A DNA stretch of 64,000 nt from Actinomycetes bacterium (GTDB taxonomy: Bacteria; Actinomycetota; Actinomycetes; JAHEKZ01). The stretch spans positions 2,064-66,063 of the forward strand of contig DASUFV010000064.1 of NCBI GenBank assembly GCA_036274415.1, read 5' to 3'. Positions 51,743-61,065 of this stretch are shown in pieces; position 1 is the first letter of the stretch, and each line of letters begins with the position of its first letter. The notes beneath the pieces are model-generated. The model saw nothing but the letters and a program-made list of their open reading frames with translations. It did not search any database and was not told where the DNA came from. Made by a program: the position numbers and the translations under genes.

Positions 51743-51939
51743 AGCTCCTCGCTCTTGCGTACGCAGTCGTCGTGGAAGACGTCCATGAAGCTCGGCTCGG
51801 TGCCGGGCTTGCGTGGTGCGTCGACGTCGAACGTCTTGCCGCACCACGTCACGTAGATTAGCGTCGTCCCCGACTGCTGCGTCTCCCAGATCAGGTGCCA
51901 GACGTCTCTGATCACGTCGTGGACCCACATGCCCTTCAT
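51739..51939 (-). CDS. hypothetical small protein
   Basis: Internal ATG (MKGMWVHD...) in an ATGA overlap. Confidence 0.4.
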   Translation of the reverse strand: MKGMWVHDVIRDVWHLIWETQQSGTTLIYVTWCGKTFDVDAPRKPGTEPSFMDVFHDDCVRKSEEL

Positions 51940-52106
51940 CCCGCTGCCACCGTGTCGCCTTTCTTCTCGTGTGCGCGTCGATGCGCCTCGGCGATCCACG
52001 ACAGGTTGTCCTCGTGGACCTTCTTCGCGTTGAGCTTGAGCGGGCCGCAGACCGAACAGGTCACGCTGGACGGCGCCACGGTGTACTCGATTTCGACAGG
52101 TTTCAC
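51936..52106 (-). CDS. small C2H2-like zinc-finger protein (56 aa), absent from the ORF track
   Basis: GGAGGAAGCG precedes a GTG start. VKPVEIEYTVAPSSVTCSVCGPLKLNAKKVHEDNLSWIAEAHRRAH. Confidence 0.35.
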   Translation of the reverse strand: MKPVEIEYTVAPSSVTCSVCGPLKLNAKKVHEDNLSWIAEAHRRAHEKKGDTVAAG

Positions 52107-52591
52107 CGCTTCCTCCGTGACGCAGCCTTTGGTGTCTTGCGCTCGTCGCCGATGATGCGGCCAGCCTCCCGGTAGCTGTACCAGTCGCCGCCGGGCTCGA
52201 CGACGACGTGGTCCTCGAACACCAGTCCGAGGGCGTTCGCGCCGGTCATCACCTTCTCGGTGAGGTTGTTGTCGCTCACGCTGGGGATGGCCAGCATGGT
52301 CGGGTGGTTGTGGGCGATGCTGAACATCGGCGCCGATGTGGCGACGACGGCGGTGAACAGCGACGACAGGTCGAGATCGACGTGGTTGTGGAAGCCCCGG
52401 TTGACCTCGATGATCCGGTACAGGTTGCCGTTCTCGCCGTAGGTGATGGCCCAGACCACCTCCTGGGTCTGCGTGTGGAGGCCGAGCTCCTTCACCAGCT
52501 CGGCGATGGCCAGGCCGCCACGGTGCAGCCGTTTGGTGCGCTCGACGTCGAGGTGCAGGCGCACGAACTCGATGTCAGTTGTCATGGGCAA
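52103..52591 (-). CDS. RadC-like JAB/MPN domain protein
   Basis: IAHNHPTMLAIPSVSDNNLT carries the H-x-H...S-x-x-D JAMM motif. Confidence 0.7.
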   Translation of the reverse strand: MPMTTDIEFVRLHLDVERTKRLHRGGLAIAELVKELGLHTQTQEVVWAITYGENGNLYRIIEVNRGFHNHVDLDLSSLFTAVVATSAPMFSIAHNHPTMLAIPSVSDNNLTEKVMTGANALGLVFEDHVVVEPGGDWYSYREAGRIIGDERKTPKAASRRKR

Positions 52592-52808
52592 TGGACTCCC
52601 AGAAGTTGTGGCATGGGCGGCACTGCCCGTCGTCGAGCACCGGATCGGCCGGGCTCAGGCACTGGTCCTTGTGGTTCATGCAGGCCCGGCACAGGCAGTG
52701 GCCGATCCGCTTCGCCTTGCATGGCGGACACTCCTGCGTCCGGGGGAAGATGGCCCCCCGGTTCATCCCACAGGTGGCGCACACCATGCTCGTCATGGCG
52801 ACGTTCAC
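52575..52808 (-). CDS. small Cys-rich protein
   Basis: CATCG...CPPC...CLCRAC...CRPC. Confidence 0.45.
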   Translation of the reverse strand: MNVAMTSMVCATCGMNRGAIFPRTQECPPCKAKRIGHCLCRACMNHKDQCLSPADPVLDDGQCRPCHNFWESIAHDN

Positions 52809-53143
52809 GCGTGCTCGAGGTGGTCGAGGTACGCCGACGTGTCGCCAGCCTCGTCGTCGTTGACCGCCACGATCCCCTGTGCGCCGAGGATCTCGAAGCG
52901 GTCGATCACGAAGTAGTCAGGCTCGCCGAGGCTGGTGTCACCGCGAACCTCGTCACCGACATTGAAGTCGCCGATCGACGTCCGGCCGGTGAGCAGGACG
53001 TTCTCGCCGTCCTCGACCTTGATGCGTTCCCCGCCCTGGCAACCGTCGAGCTGCTCGTGGGCCCACTCCTCCCCGGCGTCGTCGCTGAACCAGTCGCTGC
53101 GGTCCCCGCAGCTGAGGCAATACAGCACGTACTCGGTGGTCAC
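52805..53143 (-). CDS. hypothetical acidic protein
   Basis: GTG in a GTGA overlap. Coding part of track ORF 52805..53350. Confidence 0.45.
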   Translation of the reverse strand: MTTEYVLYCLSCGDRSDWFSDDAGEEWAHEQLDGCQGGERIKVEDGENVLLTGRTSIGDFNVGDEVRGDTSLGEPDYFVIDRFEILGAQGIVAVNDDEAGDTSAYLDHLEHA

Positions 53144-53418
53144 TGGCGATCCCTCCAGCTGGACAGCGCCCACTCCACGATGTCGGGATGGGCGCCTCGT
53201 CGTGCGGCGTCGTCGATCTCGGCCTTGGTGATGTCCCAGCGGATCAGCGGCGGCCCGACGTACACGTCGTCGCCGAAGAACGGGTGTAGCTCCGGGCATA
53301 CCCGGCTGAAGCGAAGCTCGCCGGTCACCGCGGACACGTCGAGCCCGCACTCGTGCCCGTCCATGCAGACGCCCTGGTCCTCGTCGATCAGGGACATCGT
53401 CGCGTCGATGCTGGTCAT
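53140..53418 (-). CDS. hypothetical protein
   Basis: 92-aa ORF. Confidence 0.45.
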   Translation of the reverse strand: MTSIDATMSLIDEDQGVCMDGHECGLDVSAVTGELRFSRVCPELHPFFGDDVYVGPPLIRWDITKAEIDDAARRGAHPDIVEWALSSWRDRQ

Positions 53419-53473
53419 ACCAGCGGCACCGACTCGATGTGCTCGAGCTCGATGCCGAGGTCTTCGAGGTAGC

Positions 53474-53733
53474 TCACAGGTCGCCTTTGGCCTCGCGCCA
53501 GGCGATCACCTTCTCGATCGAGCCCCACGCCTTGCGCGGGCACTCGTTGTAGAGCCATTGGGCGTACGACTCCATGGCTGCCTTGTTGGTCTGATCGGCG
53601 TAGCCGAAGGCGTCCACGAGGTTGTTTGACAGCACCGCCGTCAGGAACCCGCCTACCGCCTCGCCCCGCTCGACGTAGTCGCGCAAGGGCTCGCGCATGT
53701 GTTCGGGCAGCATGTCGTAGTTGACGTCCATCA
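53474..53733 (-). CDS. hypothetical protein
   Basis: Internal ATG (MDVNYDML...). Its stop overlaps the FtsK-like gene's ATG. Confidence 0.45.
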
Positions 53734-54474
53734 GCGGACCTCCGTTCGCTGCTTGATGACCTTCTCGACGTCCTCGATCGAGACGTTCCGGCCCTTGAGC
53801 CGCTGTAGCCCGCGCACTCCCGGGATGCGGGCGAGCATGTCGCCAGCGCCCAGCAGGTTTTCGGCTCCGGGCTGATCGAGGATGACCCGGCTGTCGATCT
53901 GGCTGACCACCTGGAAGCTGACGCGAGCCGGGATGTTCGCCTTCAGCAGCCCCGTCACGACGTCCGTGGTCGGACGCTGCGTGGCGAGCACAAGGTGGAT
54001 GCCAACCGCACGCGCCATCTGCGCGAGGCGCGTGAGCGGCAGCTGGACCCGATCCTTGGCGGGCCCGAGCATCAGGTTGGCGAGCTCGTCGATGACGATC
54101 ACCAGCCGGGGCAGCTGATCGTCGAGCGGGCTGATCTCGTTGTACGTGTCGAGGTCCCGGCAGTGCCGTCGCTCCAGGCGCTCGAACCGCTCGTCCATCT
54201 CCTGCGCCGCCCACGTCAGGATGGCCACCACGTCGTCGTCCTCGACGTAGACGTAGGTGACGAACGGCTTGTACGGGGCGAACTCGACCCGCTTCGGGTC
54301 GATCAGGATGTAGCGTGCCTCGGCGCCGTCGCCGATCAGGTCGAGCAGCAGGCTGTTGAGGAACACGCTCTTGCCTGACCCGGTCGTGCCAGCCACCAGC
54401 AGGTGCGGCAGCTTGGCCAGATCGAGCCAGGTATCCCGGCCATCAGCTGTCCCGAGCTTGAACTTCAGGCTCAT
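53731..54474 (-). CDS. FtsK/SpoIIIE-family ATPase (motor domain only, 247 aa)
   Basis: Walker A GTTGSGKS, Walker B LVIVIDELANLM, and LATQRP. Confidence 0.8.
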   Translation of the reverse strand: MSLKFKLGTADGRDTWLDLAKLPHLLVAGTTGSGKSVFLNSLLLDLIGDGAEARYILIDPKRVEFAPYKPFVTYVYVEDDDVVAILTWAAQEMDERFERLERRHCRDLDTYNEISPLDDQLPRLVIVIDELANLMLGPAKDRVQLPLTRLAQMARAVGIHLVLATQRPTTDVVTGLLKANIPARVSFQVVSQIDSRVILDQPGAENLLGAGDMLARIPGVRGLQRLKGRNVSIEDVEKVIKQRTEVR

Positions 54475-54737
54475 TCGTCGCCGTCGATCTCCGGGTAGTA
54501 CTGCGGGTCGTCCTTAGCGATGGCGTAGTAGCCCTCGTCGTTCTGGTAGATCGAGCTGTCGAACTCGGTCGGGTCAATCACTTGCTGACGTACGTCGGAG
54601 AACTTCAACGACCCGGCGTCATTCCAGTCGTCGATGACCAAGTCGGCTGCGAGCTCGAGCGCCTTGTCCAGCGACTCGGCCTCGACCTTCACGATGACGG
54701 ATCCGCCGATCTCGTTGCGGATGTGGTACTCGGCCAT
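54471..54737 (-). CDS. hypothetical acidic protein
   Basis: ATGA overlap. 88 aa. Confidence 0.45.
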   Translation of the reverse strand: MAEYHIRNEIGGSVIVKVEAESLDKALELAADLVIDDWNDAGSLKFSDVRQQVIDPTEFDSSIYQNDEGYYAIAKDDPQYYPEIDGDE

Positions 54738-54774
54738 CAGTCGTACCTCGGGTCTGCGATCTCGTCGTAGCGGT

Positions 54775-55044
54775 TCATTCGCCGAACACCACCTTGGTGC
54801 GTGCCGTGCTGGCCTCCAGCGCCTGGGGCCAGCGCAGCAGGGAGGAGCGCAGGTCGAGGGTCAGCTCGCCCGGCGCGATGTCCTTGATGCGGAACCACTT
54901 GATCTGGCCGGTCAGGTACGCCCGCATCAGCGTTTCACCCAACCCGTAGGCGCCGCCATAGGGCGCCTTGACGTAGAACCGGGCGACCCGGCCGTTGACG
55001 CCCGACTTGTACTCGACCTTGAAGACGAACTTAGACTGGGTCAC
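54775..55044 (-). CDS. hypothetical protein (start uncertain)
   Basis: Coding part of track ORF 54775..55149. Confidence 0.4.
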   Translation of the reverse strand: MTQSKFVFKVEYKSGVNGRVARFYVKAPYGGAYGLGETLMRAYLTGQIKWFRIKDIAPGELTLDLRSSLLRWPQALEASTARTKVVFGE

Positions 55045-55267
55045 CTTCGCCCTCCAGTGACAGGTCGTACCTGATCTGCTCGTCAAGCTGCTCGAAGGTG
55101 GCTGTTGGGGAAACTTCCCAGACCTGCGGGTCCACGGCCTTGCGGACATCCAGCAGGCTCTTGATGTACATGGCCTCGGAACCAGTCAGGTTCGCGAACT
55201 CCTGGTGCTGGTCCATGCCGTCGTCGTGCGTCCACTCGACGATGTAGAGGTACCTCTCGACTGTCAC
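55031..55267 (-). CDS. hypothetical protein
   Basis: GTG start. 78 aa. Confidence 0.45.
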   Translation of the reverse strand: MTVERYLYIVEWTHDDGMDQHQEFANLTGSEAMYIKSLLDVRKAVDPQVWEVSPTATFEQLDEQIRYDLSLEGEGDPV

Positions 55268-55436
55268 TCAGTCCTCCGGGAACTCAGGAACACCGGCCCA
55301 CTGGAGCAACACGACGTCGCCCGGGTCGATGTACTCGGCCAGGGTCTGCAGCTCGTAGAGCTCGCCGTAGCTGATGTCCTCGGCCTCGATCGCACTGCGC
55401 AGGTATTCGAGGCGCTCCTTGATGTCGGCCGGGTTC
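55268..55436 (-). CDS. hypothetical small protein (56 aa), absent from the ORF track
   Basis: GTG start VNPADIKERLEYLRSAIEAEDISYGELYEL... Fills the gap between flanking genes. Confidence 0.3.
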
Positions 55437-55647
55437 ACTCTCGCCTCGCTAGTTGCAGGGAAACCACAGTCACGCCCTCGTCGTCCTCGCCGAGGGTGTC
55501 GAAGTCGGCGTGATAGAGCCCGGTGTCGATTGCCTCACGTGCCGTCGAGTTCTCGACGACGGCCTGTACGGCGAGGTCGAGCTCATCGTCGGCAACCTTG
55601 TCAGGAGCCTCGACCACTAGGTCGAGCGTGTAGTACGCGGTCTTCAT
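55435..55647 (-). CDS. hypothetical protein
   Basis: Internal ATG (MKTAYYTLDLVVEAPDK...). Confidence 0.4.
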   Translation of the reverse strand: MKTAYYTLDLVVEAPDKVADDELDLAVQAVVENSTAREAIDTGLYHADFDTLGEDDEGVTVVSLQLARRE

Positions 55648-55844
55648 CAGACCTCCCCATCTGCCACGCACACGGCGCAGCTGTGTTCCTGCCAGCAGTC
55701 CACACTCATGCAGCGCAGCACGCAATCTGCGTTGTGGCCGTCCTCGTCGAGAGCGTTGGCGAGCTTGTCGTAGGCGGCCCACGCTTTCTCGCGCAGCTTG
55801 TCGATCTGCACGCGCCGTGCGTCAGTCGTGTTCGTAGGGGGCAC
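55647..55844 (-). CDS. small Cys-rich protein
   Basis: ATGA overlap. CVLRCMSVDCWQEHSCAVC. Confidence 0.4.
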   Translation of the reverse strand: MPPTNTTDARRVQIDKLREKAWAAYDKLANALDEDGHNADCVLRCMSVDCWQEHSCAVCVADGEV

Positions 55845-56229
55845 GAGACTCGGACTCCTGCCAGCGCAAGGCGTGGTCGAGCGAGCTCTGGATGTCGGCC
55901 CGGAGTCGCTCGGGCAGCCACGGCTGGGCCAGAATCTCCCGGACGTCGGGGATGGCGTACTGCTGGTTGGGCGGGTCGTCAGCCTCGCCCTCGACGTTGT
56001 CCCAGTCGATCAGGATGAACTCGTACGGGAGGTCCTCGTGCGCGAGGTCGTAGTAGCTGCCGTCCGACTTGTAGTGCCCGTCCTCGGCCACCCCGCCCGA
56101 GACGGACACGTAGATGATCGGGCGCGCGTCAGCTGCTGCCGACGCCTCGCGCTCCTCCATCCACTCGTCGAACTCGAGCGGGTGTTTGCGCACGATGTCG
56201 CTGAGCAGCCCCTTGACATTGGCGCTCAT
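55822..56229 (-). CDS. hypothetical acidic protein
   Basis: Internal ATG (MSANVKGLLSD...). Confidence 0.45.
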   Translation of the reverse strand: MSANVKGLLSDIVRKHPLEFDEWMEEREASAAADARPIIYVSVSGGVAEDGHYKSDGSYYDLAHEDLPYEFILIDWDNVEGEADDPPNQQYAIPDVREILAQPWLPERLRADIQSSLDHALRWQESESRAPYEHD

Positions 56230-56239
56230 CGTTTCGGTC

Positions 56240-56494
56240 TCAGCCACGGTAAGCCTCCACCTCGTCACCCGCGCCCAGCGGGGCGTCGTTCGCCGGGTGG
56301 GCGGCGAGCCAGTCGATGTACTCGTTGCCCGTCCCTGCGTTCCGGGCATTGATGAACTGGAGCACCTCACCGTAGGTCAGGTCTGGCTCCAGCAGGATCT
56401 GGCGGATGATCGAAAACTGGGTGTCCGTGATCCGGCGTTCCATCTCGAGCGAGAGCAGGCTCCCGCGTCGGCGGATGGTCAGTTCGAGGGTCAT
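56240..56494 (-). CDS. hypothetical protein
   Basis: 84-aa ORF. Confidence 0.45.
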   Translation of the reverse strand: MTLELTIRRRGSLLSLEMERRITDTQFSIIRQILLEPDLTYGEVLQFINARNAGTGNEYIDWLAAHPANDAPLGAGDEVEAYRG

Positions 56495-56896
56495 TCAGCC
56501 CTCCAGCTTCTGGCGGGACTCGAAGGCGAGGATCGACTCGACGTTCTTGCGGAACTGCCGTGCTCGCCCGTTGTAGTTGTCGCCCGGCACGGCCTGGCCG
56601 GGCAGCAGCAGCTTGTGGACCGCCCTCGACAACGCGAGCGCGTCGATCAGGCGCCCCTTGTCGGGGATGTCGGTGTCGAGGATGTTCCCGGTGCTGCTCC
56701 GAGCCATGTCCTCGATCATCTCGTCGCGGCTCAGCACGCCGAGCTTCTCGACACCGCCCTTGAACTGCAGCCTGTCGGTGGCCCGGTTGTACCGGAAGCC
56801 GAACTTCGGCAGCTGCTCGTCGACGAGCGCGACGTCGTAGACGCCGTGCCCGGTCAGTCGATCGAGCAGCTCCCCCACCGTCTGTGGATCGTTCAT
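56495..56896 (-). CDS. hypothetical protein
   Basis: 133-aa ORF. Confidence 0.5.
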   Translation of the reverse strand: MNDPQTVGELLDRLTGHGVYDVALVDEQLPKFGFRYNRATDRLQFKGGVEKLGVLSRDEMIEDMARSSTGNILDTDIPDKGRLIDALALSRAVHKLLLPGQAVPGDNYNGRARQFRKNVESILAFESRQKLEG

Positions 56897-57111
56897 CGGG
56901 GCAGTCGCTCCATCTCCTCCTCCGTCAGCCAGTTGGCCGGATGCGTCAACGTCACGGCGTCACTGTCGAGCCGGGCGTCGTTGTTCTCGACGTCGTCGAG
57001 GATTGCCTGACGATGTGCCTCGTCGTCGTAGCCGCGGCTCATCGCAAGGGCGAGGATGTCGGGCTGATAGATCGAACCGGTCAGGTAAGACGCAACATCA
57101 GACATCGTCAC
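56893..57111 (-). CDS. hypothetical protein
   Basis: ATGA overlap. 72 aa. Confidence 0.45.
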   Translation of the reverse strand: MTMSDVASYLTGSIYQPDILALAMSRGYDDEAHRQAILDDVENNDARLDSDAVTLTHPANWLTEEEMERLPR

Positions 57112-57322
57112 CCTCCTGAACGATCGTCACCGGCGCCTCCCAGTGGTCGGCCCAGTCACGAGCGCCCTGTGTCGCTTCCTCGCGAGTGCTGTACGGCCCG
57201 CTGTACCCGCCCCGGCGCTCCATGGCCGGGAAGTTGGACCAGTAGATGCCGAACGTCGTACCGACGGACGTCCGGCGGATCGTGGCGATGCCGGGGTTGT
57301 CGGCGGTGGGCCAGTCAGACAC
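57098..57322 (-). CDS. hypothetical protein
   Basis: 74 aa. Confidence 0.45.
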   Translation of the reverse strand: MSDWPTADNPGIATIRRTSVGTTFGIYWSNFPAMERRGGYSGPYSTREEATQGARDWADHWEAPVTIVQEGDDV

Positions 57323-57587
57323 CGTCCTCCTCCGATGCGGCGATCATGGCGATCGACCAGTCGCGTAGCTGGGCGAGGTCGCCCGCCGTCAGTTCCACCC
57401 CAACTGTGAGGCTGGCGCGGTCCTCGACGTTCGTGGCCGTCAGGATTACCGCCGCGACGGTCGATCCCTCGCCGCGCGGCGCGTACACCATCTCGAGTTC
57501 GACGTCGGCGCTGAGTTCGTTCGGGTAGATCGGGTCGCCGACGAACCCCGGCCCAGACGGGATTACGTTGCGTGCGTCAGTCATGCG
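57315..57587 (-). CDS. hypothetical protein
   Basis: Internal ATG (MTDARNVIPSG...). Confidence 0.4.
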   Translation of the reverse strand, partial: RMTDARNVIPSGPGFVGDPIYPNELSADVELEMVYAPRGEGSTVAAVILTATNVEDRASLTVGVELTAGDLAQLRDWSIAMIAASEEDGV

Positions 57588-57749
57588 GTGGCGTCCACTT
57601 TCTCCACGAGGTCGATCGCCTCCTGTTCGGTGATGTCCTCCTCGAGCGTCTCGAACGCAAGCAGGCCAGGCAGCGAAGTCACCGCCTCCCACGTGTCGGT
57701 GGTGTCCTCGACGGCGACGATGTAGACGGCGAAGCTCACGAATATGCCC

Positions 57750-58145
57750 TCATCGGTACCAGAACTCGCGGCCTTCGATCTCGATCGACGTGTAGTCCTG
57801 CTTGAGCTGTTCGGCGGCCTTGGCCCAGTCGATCGGCGGCCAGCTGCTCTCGCGCTGGGCGGCACCGATGTCGTAGGCGAACTCCTCGGCATAGGCCGGG
57901 AAGTAGTGGTCGGCATACAGGTAGGTGTGCCGCACCTTGTCTTCGGCGTAGCCCTCGATCTCGTCGATGATCTCGATCAGCTTCTGCCGTTCAGCGACGA
58001 GATCCTGATCGGCGCCGACCATGATCGTCTCGCCGTCCGGGTCCATGATCTCGTCCTCGATGTCTTCGAGGCGCTTCTCCAGATCTTCGCCGTCGATGTA
58101 GTCGCTGCGCGACATCTCGTAGAGGTCACGCTGGAGGATATTCAC
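57750..58145 (-). CDS. hypothetical acidic protein
   Basis: GTG in a GTGA overlap. Coding part of track ORF 57750..58409. Confidence 0.45.
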   Translation of the reverse strand: MNILQRDLYEMSRSDYIDGEDLEKRLEDIEDEIMDPDGETIMVGADQDLVAERQKLIEIIDEIEGYAEDKVRHTYLYADHYFPAYAEEFAYDIGAAQRESSWPPIDWAKAAEQLKQDYTSIEIEGREFWYR

Positions 58146-58375
58146 TGCGGCAGGCCCTCGAAGATCACGATGTCGGACCAGTGGCTGCCGTCGTCGTCCT
58201 TGATCCAGTCGCCGCTCGTCGTGATGTGCGCGATGTCGCGGTCGTTGAGCGTGTCGCGCATCAGCGCGTAGGTCAGCTGCACTGCCTCGGGCAGCTGTAC
58301 GCCAACCTCGTCCGGCTCGTTCGGATACTGCTCGGCCATCGCGTCCGACTTGAGGAATGACACCATCAGCGCCAT
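58142..58375 (-). CDS. hypothetical protein
   Basis: Internal ATG (MALMVSFLKSD...). Confidence 0.4.
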   Translation of the reverse strand: MALMVSFLKSDAMAEQYPNEPDEVGVQLPEAVQLTYALMRDTLNDRDIAHITTSGDWIKDDDGSHWSDIVIFEGLPQ

Positions 58376-58674
58376 CACCGTCCCTCCTGCGGGTGCTGTC
58401 CTGTGCCACTGCACGTCTTGATCTCGTAGGGCTCCCCGCGAAGCTGGATGATCCATGCGGCCGGGTTGCCCTTGAGCCCGCCCTGCACAGCGACGTGGAA
58501 CATGCCGTTCGGCCCGTCAGCCACGAGGGCTGGAACGCCCGACCGTGCCAGGTTCCAGAGGTAGAACTGCGCGTCCTTCTTGGTGCCCTCGCCGATGCAC
58601 GTCCACGTGTCAGCGAAGATGCCGAGCGCCTCGTATGGGTCGCGCGCGTCAGTTGCTTGCGATGCTTCGCTCAC
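58375..58674 (-). CDS. hypothetical protein
   Basis: 99 aa. Confidence 0.45.
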   Translation of the reverse strand: MSEASQATDARDPYEALGIFADTWTCIGEGTKKDAQFYLWNLARSGVPALVADGPNGMFHVAVQGGLKGNPAAWIIQLRGEPYEIKTCSGTGQHPQEGR

Positions 58675-59063
58675 CCGAACACCACCTCTCCAAACACGCC
58701 TAGCTGTATGACGCAGTCGGCTGCGTCAGCGTCCATTGCCGCGCGCTCCTCGACGTCGCGCATCTGGTCTTCGAGGTCCCGCCGGATCTTGCCGCCCTGA
58801 AGGGCAAGCTCGATGCCGCGCCGGATCACCTTCGGCGTGATGGTCGAGTTCTGGCGGCCAGGCCCGATCGGGTTCTCGAGCGTGATCAGGTAGAACACGA
58901 ACGAGTCCCCGACATCGAGGGTGTCCAGCCAGTCCTCGGTGTGCCAGCGCCTCGGGTCGTAGTTGGGGATGCGTGCCCAGTAGTTGATGCCGCCCTCGGC
59001 GGCCGTCACGGCGATGTCGCCGCATTCCTTGCCCGTGAGATCGGGCACCTCAATCAGCATCAT
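58671..59063 (-). CDS. hypothetical protein
   Basis: ATGA overlap. 130 aa. Confidence 0.5.
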   Translation of the reverse strand: MMLIEVPDLTGKECGDIAVTAAEGGINYWARIPNYDPRRWHTEDWLDTLDVGDSFVFYLITLENPIGPGRQNSTITPKVIRRGIELALQGGKIRRDLEDQMRDVEERAAMDADAADCVIQLGVFGEVVFG

Positions 59064-59398
59064 TCGCCCTCCCCATTGCGATAGCGCGTCCAGGTTGTGT
59101 CGTCGGCTGGATCGACCACCTCCGCAATGTCTTCGAGCTTCGGTGCTGTCTCGAACAGCAGCGCAGGCTGCTGGTCACGGTTCATCGGGTGTCCCCACGA
59201 GCCGTGCCAGTACTCGCACTTGTCGTTGTCGCAGCCAACGCCGATGATCGTCTCCTCCTCCCAGTAGCACTCGTCGCCCCAGCCACGGCTGAGATACTCA
59301 CCGTCCGGCCTGATGCCCACCGAGCGAGGGACGAGGCTGATCTCGTGGATCGTGTCGATCTCGCCACAGCCCTTGCAGCGGTAGAGCTTGTCAGCCAA
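59060..59398 (-). CDS. zinc-ribbon protein
   Basis: CKGCG...CDNDKCEYWHGSW. Confidence 0.5.
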   Translation of the reverse strand: MADKLYRCKGCGEIDTIHEISLVPRSVGIRPDGEYLSRGWGDECYWEEETIIGVGCDNDKCEYWHGSWGHPMNRDQQPALLFETAPKLEDIAEVVDPADDTTWTRYRNGEGE

Positions 59399-59600
59399 GT
59401 GGCACGCTCCAATTGCCGCAGATCAGGTGGGTCGGCGTCTCTTGCACGAGGTCGTCGTACTTGGCGTACGTCCACGTGTTGTAGTCACCGAGTTCGTCTT
59501 GCGCATAGGCGTTGCGAACGGCCTCACGAGGCGTGATGCCGACGTACATCCTCTGCTTGTCCTCGTGCATGTGGAACACCCACACTGGTTCGTAGCTCAT
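59391..59600 (-). CDS. hypothetical protein
   Basis: 69 aa. Confidence 0.45.
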   Translation of the reverse strand: MSYEPVWVFHMHEDKQRMYVGITPREAVRNAYAQDELGDYNTWTYAKYDDLVQETPTHLICGNWSVPLG

Positions 59601-59640
59601 GCGAACGTAAGCTCACGCATCCTTCCAACAGCAGTCGTGC

Positions 59641-60417
59641 TCAGTCACGCCAGAGACTCCCGTTCTCGGTGAACCGATACTCGTTGGCCTCGGCCATCTC
59701 CAGCAGCGCCTCCTCGCTGGTGGCGTACTCGATCTCGTCGCGCATCAGCGCGATCACCTCGTGGCACAGGTCCGACAGCAACGAGTTGCAGTCGTCCTTC
59801 GTCTGCTCGCTGAGTCCGTCGTAGTGGTAGTCGAGATCGAACTCGCTTGGCAGACGGCCACCCCACAGGCTGTTGACCGAGTGGATCACCAAGCCCTGCT
59901 CGCGGATGATCCGGGCGTCCCTCGAGCGCAGGTCGAACACACGCTGCTCGCGCGGGCTCGCCGCGAGCGGCCTCGGTGGCGTTGGCTGGCCCCACTGCAA
60001 CTCGGGCAGGTCCCGGATGTCCTTGCCAGCGAGGTACCACTGAAGCGCGCGCAGGAACGCCCGCTCATCGACGACGGCACGGCGGTTCAGCGTGAACTCG
60101 CCTCGGTCCACGTCGTACGACTCCCAGATCGTGTCGTCGCGCGTGACCATCTTGGTGATCGGCTTGTGGTGCTCGTCCCAGGTGAACTTGCCGTTCTCCT
60201 TGACATGCACGACCTCGGTCTTCTGCGGGACCGTGATGCCAACAGCCTTGAACAGCTCCACCGCGTCGTTGTCGAGCGTCGACTCGACTACGTAGTCGTC
60301 CATCAGGACGTGTTCACGCAGCGTGTCCAGCGCACGCTCATAGCCCCCGCTGGCGCCCTCCTCCTCAAGCTCGGGGAGGGCGTACGTTGTGACCTCGATC
60401 ACGTGTGTCTCAGGCAT
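59641..60417 (-). CDS. hypothetical protein
   Basis: 258-aa ORF with good codon bias. Confidence 0.55.
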   Translation of the reverse strand: MPETHVIEVTTYALPELEEEGASGGYERALDTLREHVLMDDYVVESTLDNDAVELFKAVGITVPQKTEVVHVKENGKFTWDEHHKPITKMVTRDDTIWESYDVDRGEFTLNRRAVVDERAFLRALQWYLAGKDIRDLPELQWGQPTPPRPLAASPREQRVFDLRSRDARIIREQGLVIHSVNSLWGGRLPSEFDLDYHYDGLSEQTKDDCNSLLSDLCHEVIALMRDEIEYATSEEALLEMAEANEYRFTENGSLWRD

Positions 60418-60616
60418 CGCGTGCCTCCTGCTCGAAGCGCTTGCCGTGGATGTCGCAGTGTTCGCCGTTGAGTCCGCACGGGCGACAACGATCTGTGCGC
60501 GGGTGTGTGTCCGCGAGCCAGCGTTCCTGTTTGGGCGTCAACGAGCGCGCGCGCGAGCCAGGTAGCTGCGACCCCTCGCGCGCGCTACGAATGAGCGGGT
60601 TGCCGTCCATCACCAC
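60410..60616 (-). CDS. hypothetical small Cys/His protein carrying one copy of the GC-alternating repeat
   Basis: 68 aa. GC3 about 78%. CRPCGLNGEHCDIHGK. Confidence 0.35.
   Translation of the reverse strand: MVMDGNPLIRSAREGSQLPGSRARSLTPKQERWLADTHPRTDRCRPCGLNGEHCDIHGKRFEQEARDA
60541..60600. repeat. GC-alternating repeat family, copy A
   Basis: AACGAGCGCGCGCGCGAGCCAGGTAGCTGCGACCCCTCGCGCGCGCT, an imperfect inverted repeat around a 17-18-nt loop. Confidence 0.6.
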
Positions 60617-60873
60617 GAATGCTCCTGCTCGAAGGCGAAGTACGCCTCGTCCTGCGGGAACACGCCCAGGATCAGGTCACCATTGGCGAGCCTGATCCAC
60701 AGGTACTCCGAGCGCGTGAACCCATCTTCGAGATCAGGATTGGCGGCGAAGATCGCCACCGCAGCGTCGATGCTGGCGGGCTTCATCCACCCGATCTCGG
60801 GTAGCGATGCTCGGTCGTCAGGGTGGTCGAGTACCAATGTCTTCTCGCCAAGTCGTGCCATATCAGTACCCAT
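60610..60873 (-). CDS. hypothetical protein
   Basis: 87 aa. Confidence 0.45.
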   Translation of the reverse strand: MGTDMARLGEKTLVLDHPDDRASLPEIGWMKPASIDAAVAIFAANPDLEDGFTRSEYLWIRLANGDLILGVFPQDEAYFAFEQEHSW

Positions 60874-61065
60874 CCGCTACGATGCCGCTCCGCGTCACAT
60901 AGAGCGCGTACCTGAATAGGTAGCCATCCGCGTCCGTCGCCACCACGCGCAGGATCCCTGGCTCGTAGGGCTCGATGCGGATGGACTGGAGCCGGAACCG
61001 TTCCTCGTTCTCGTCGTCGATCAGCTCAAGCAGCTCGCTGACTGCGTTGGGCACGAGCGTCCAGT

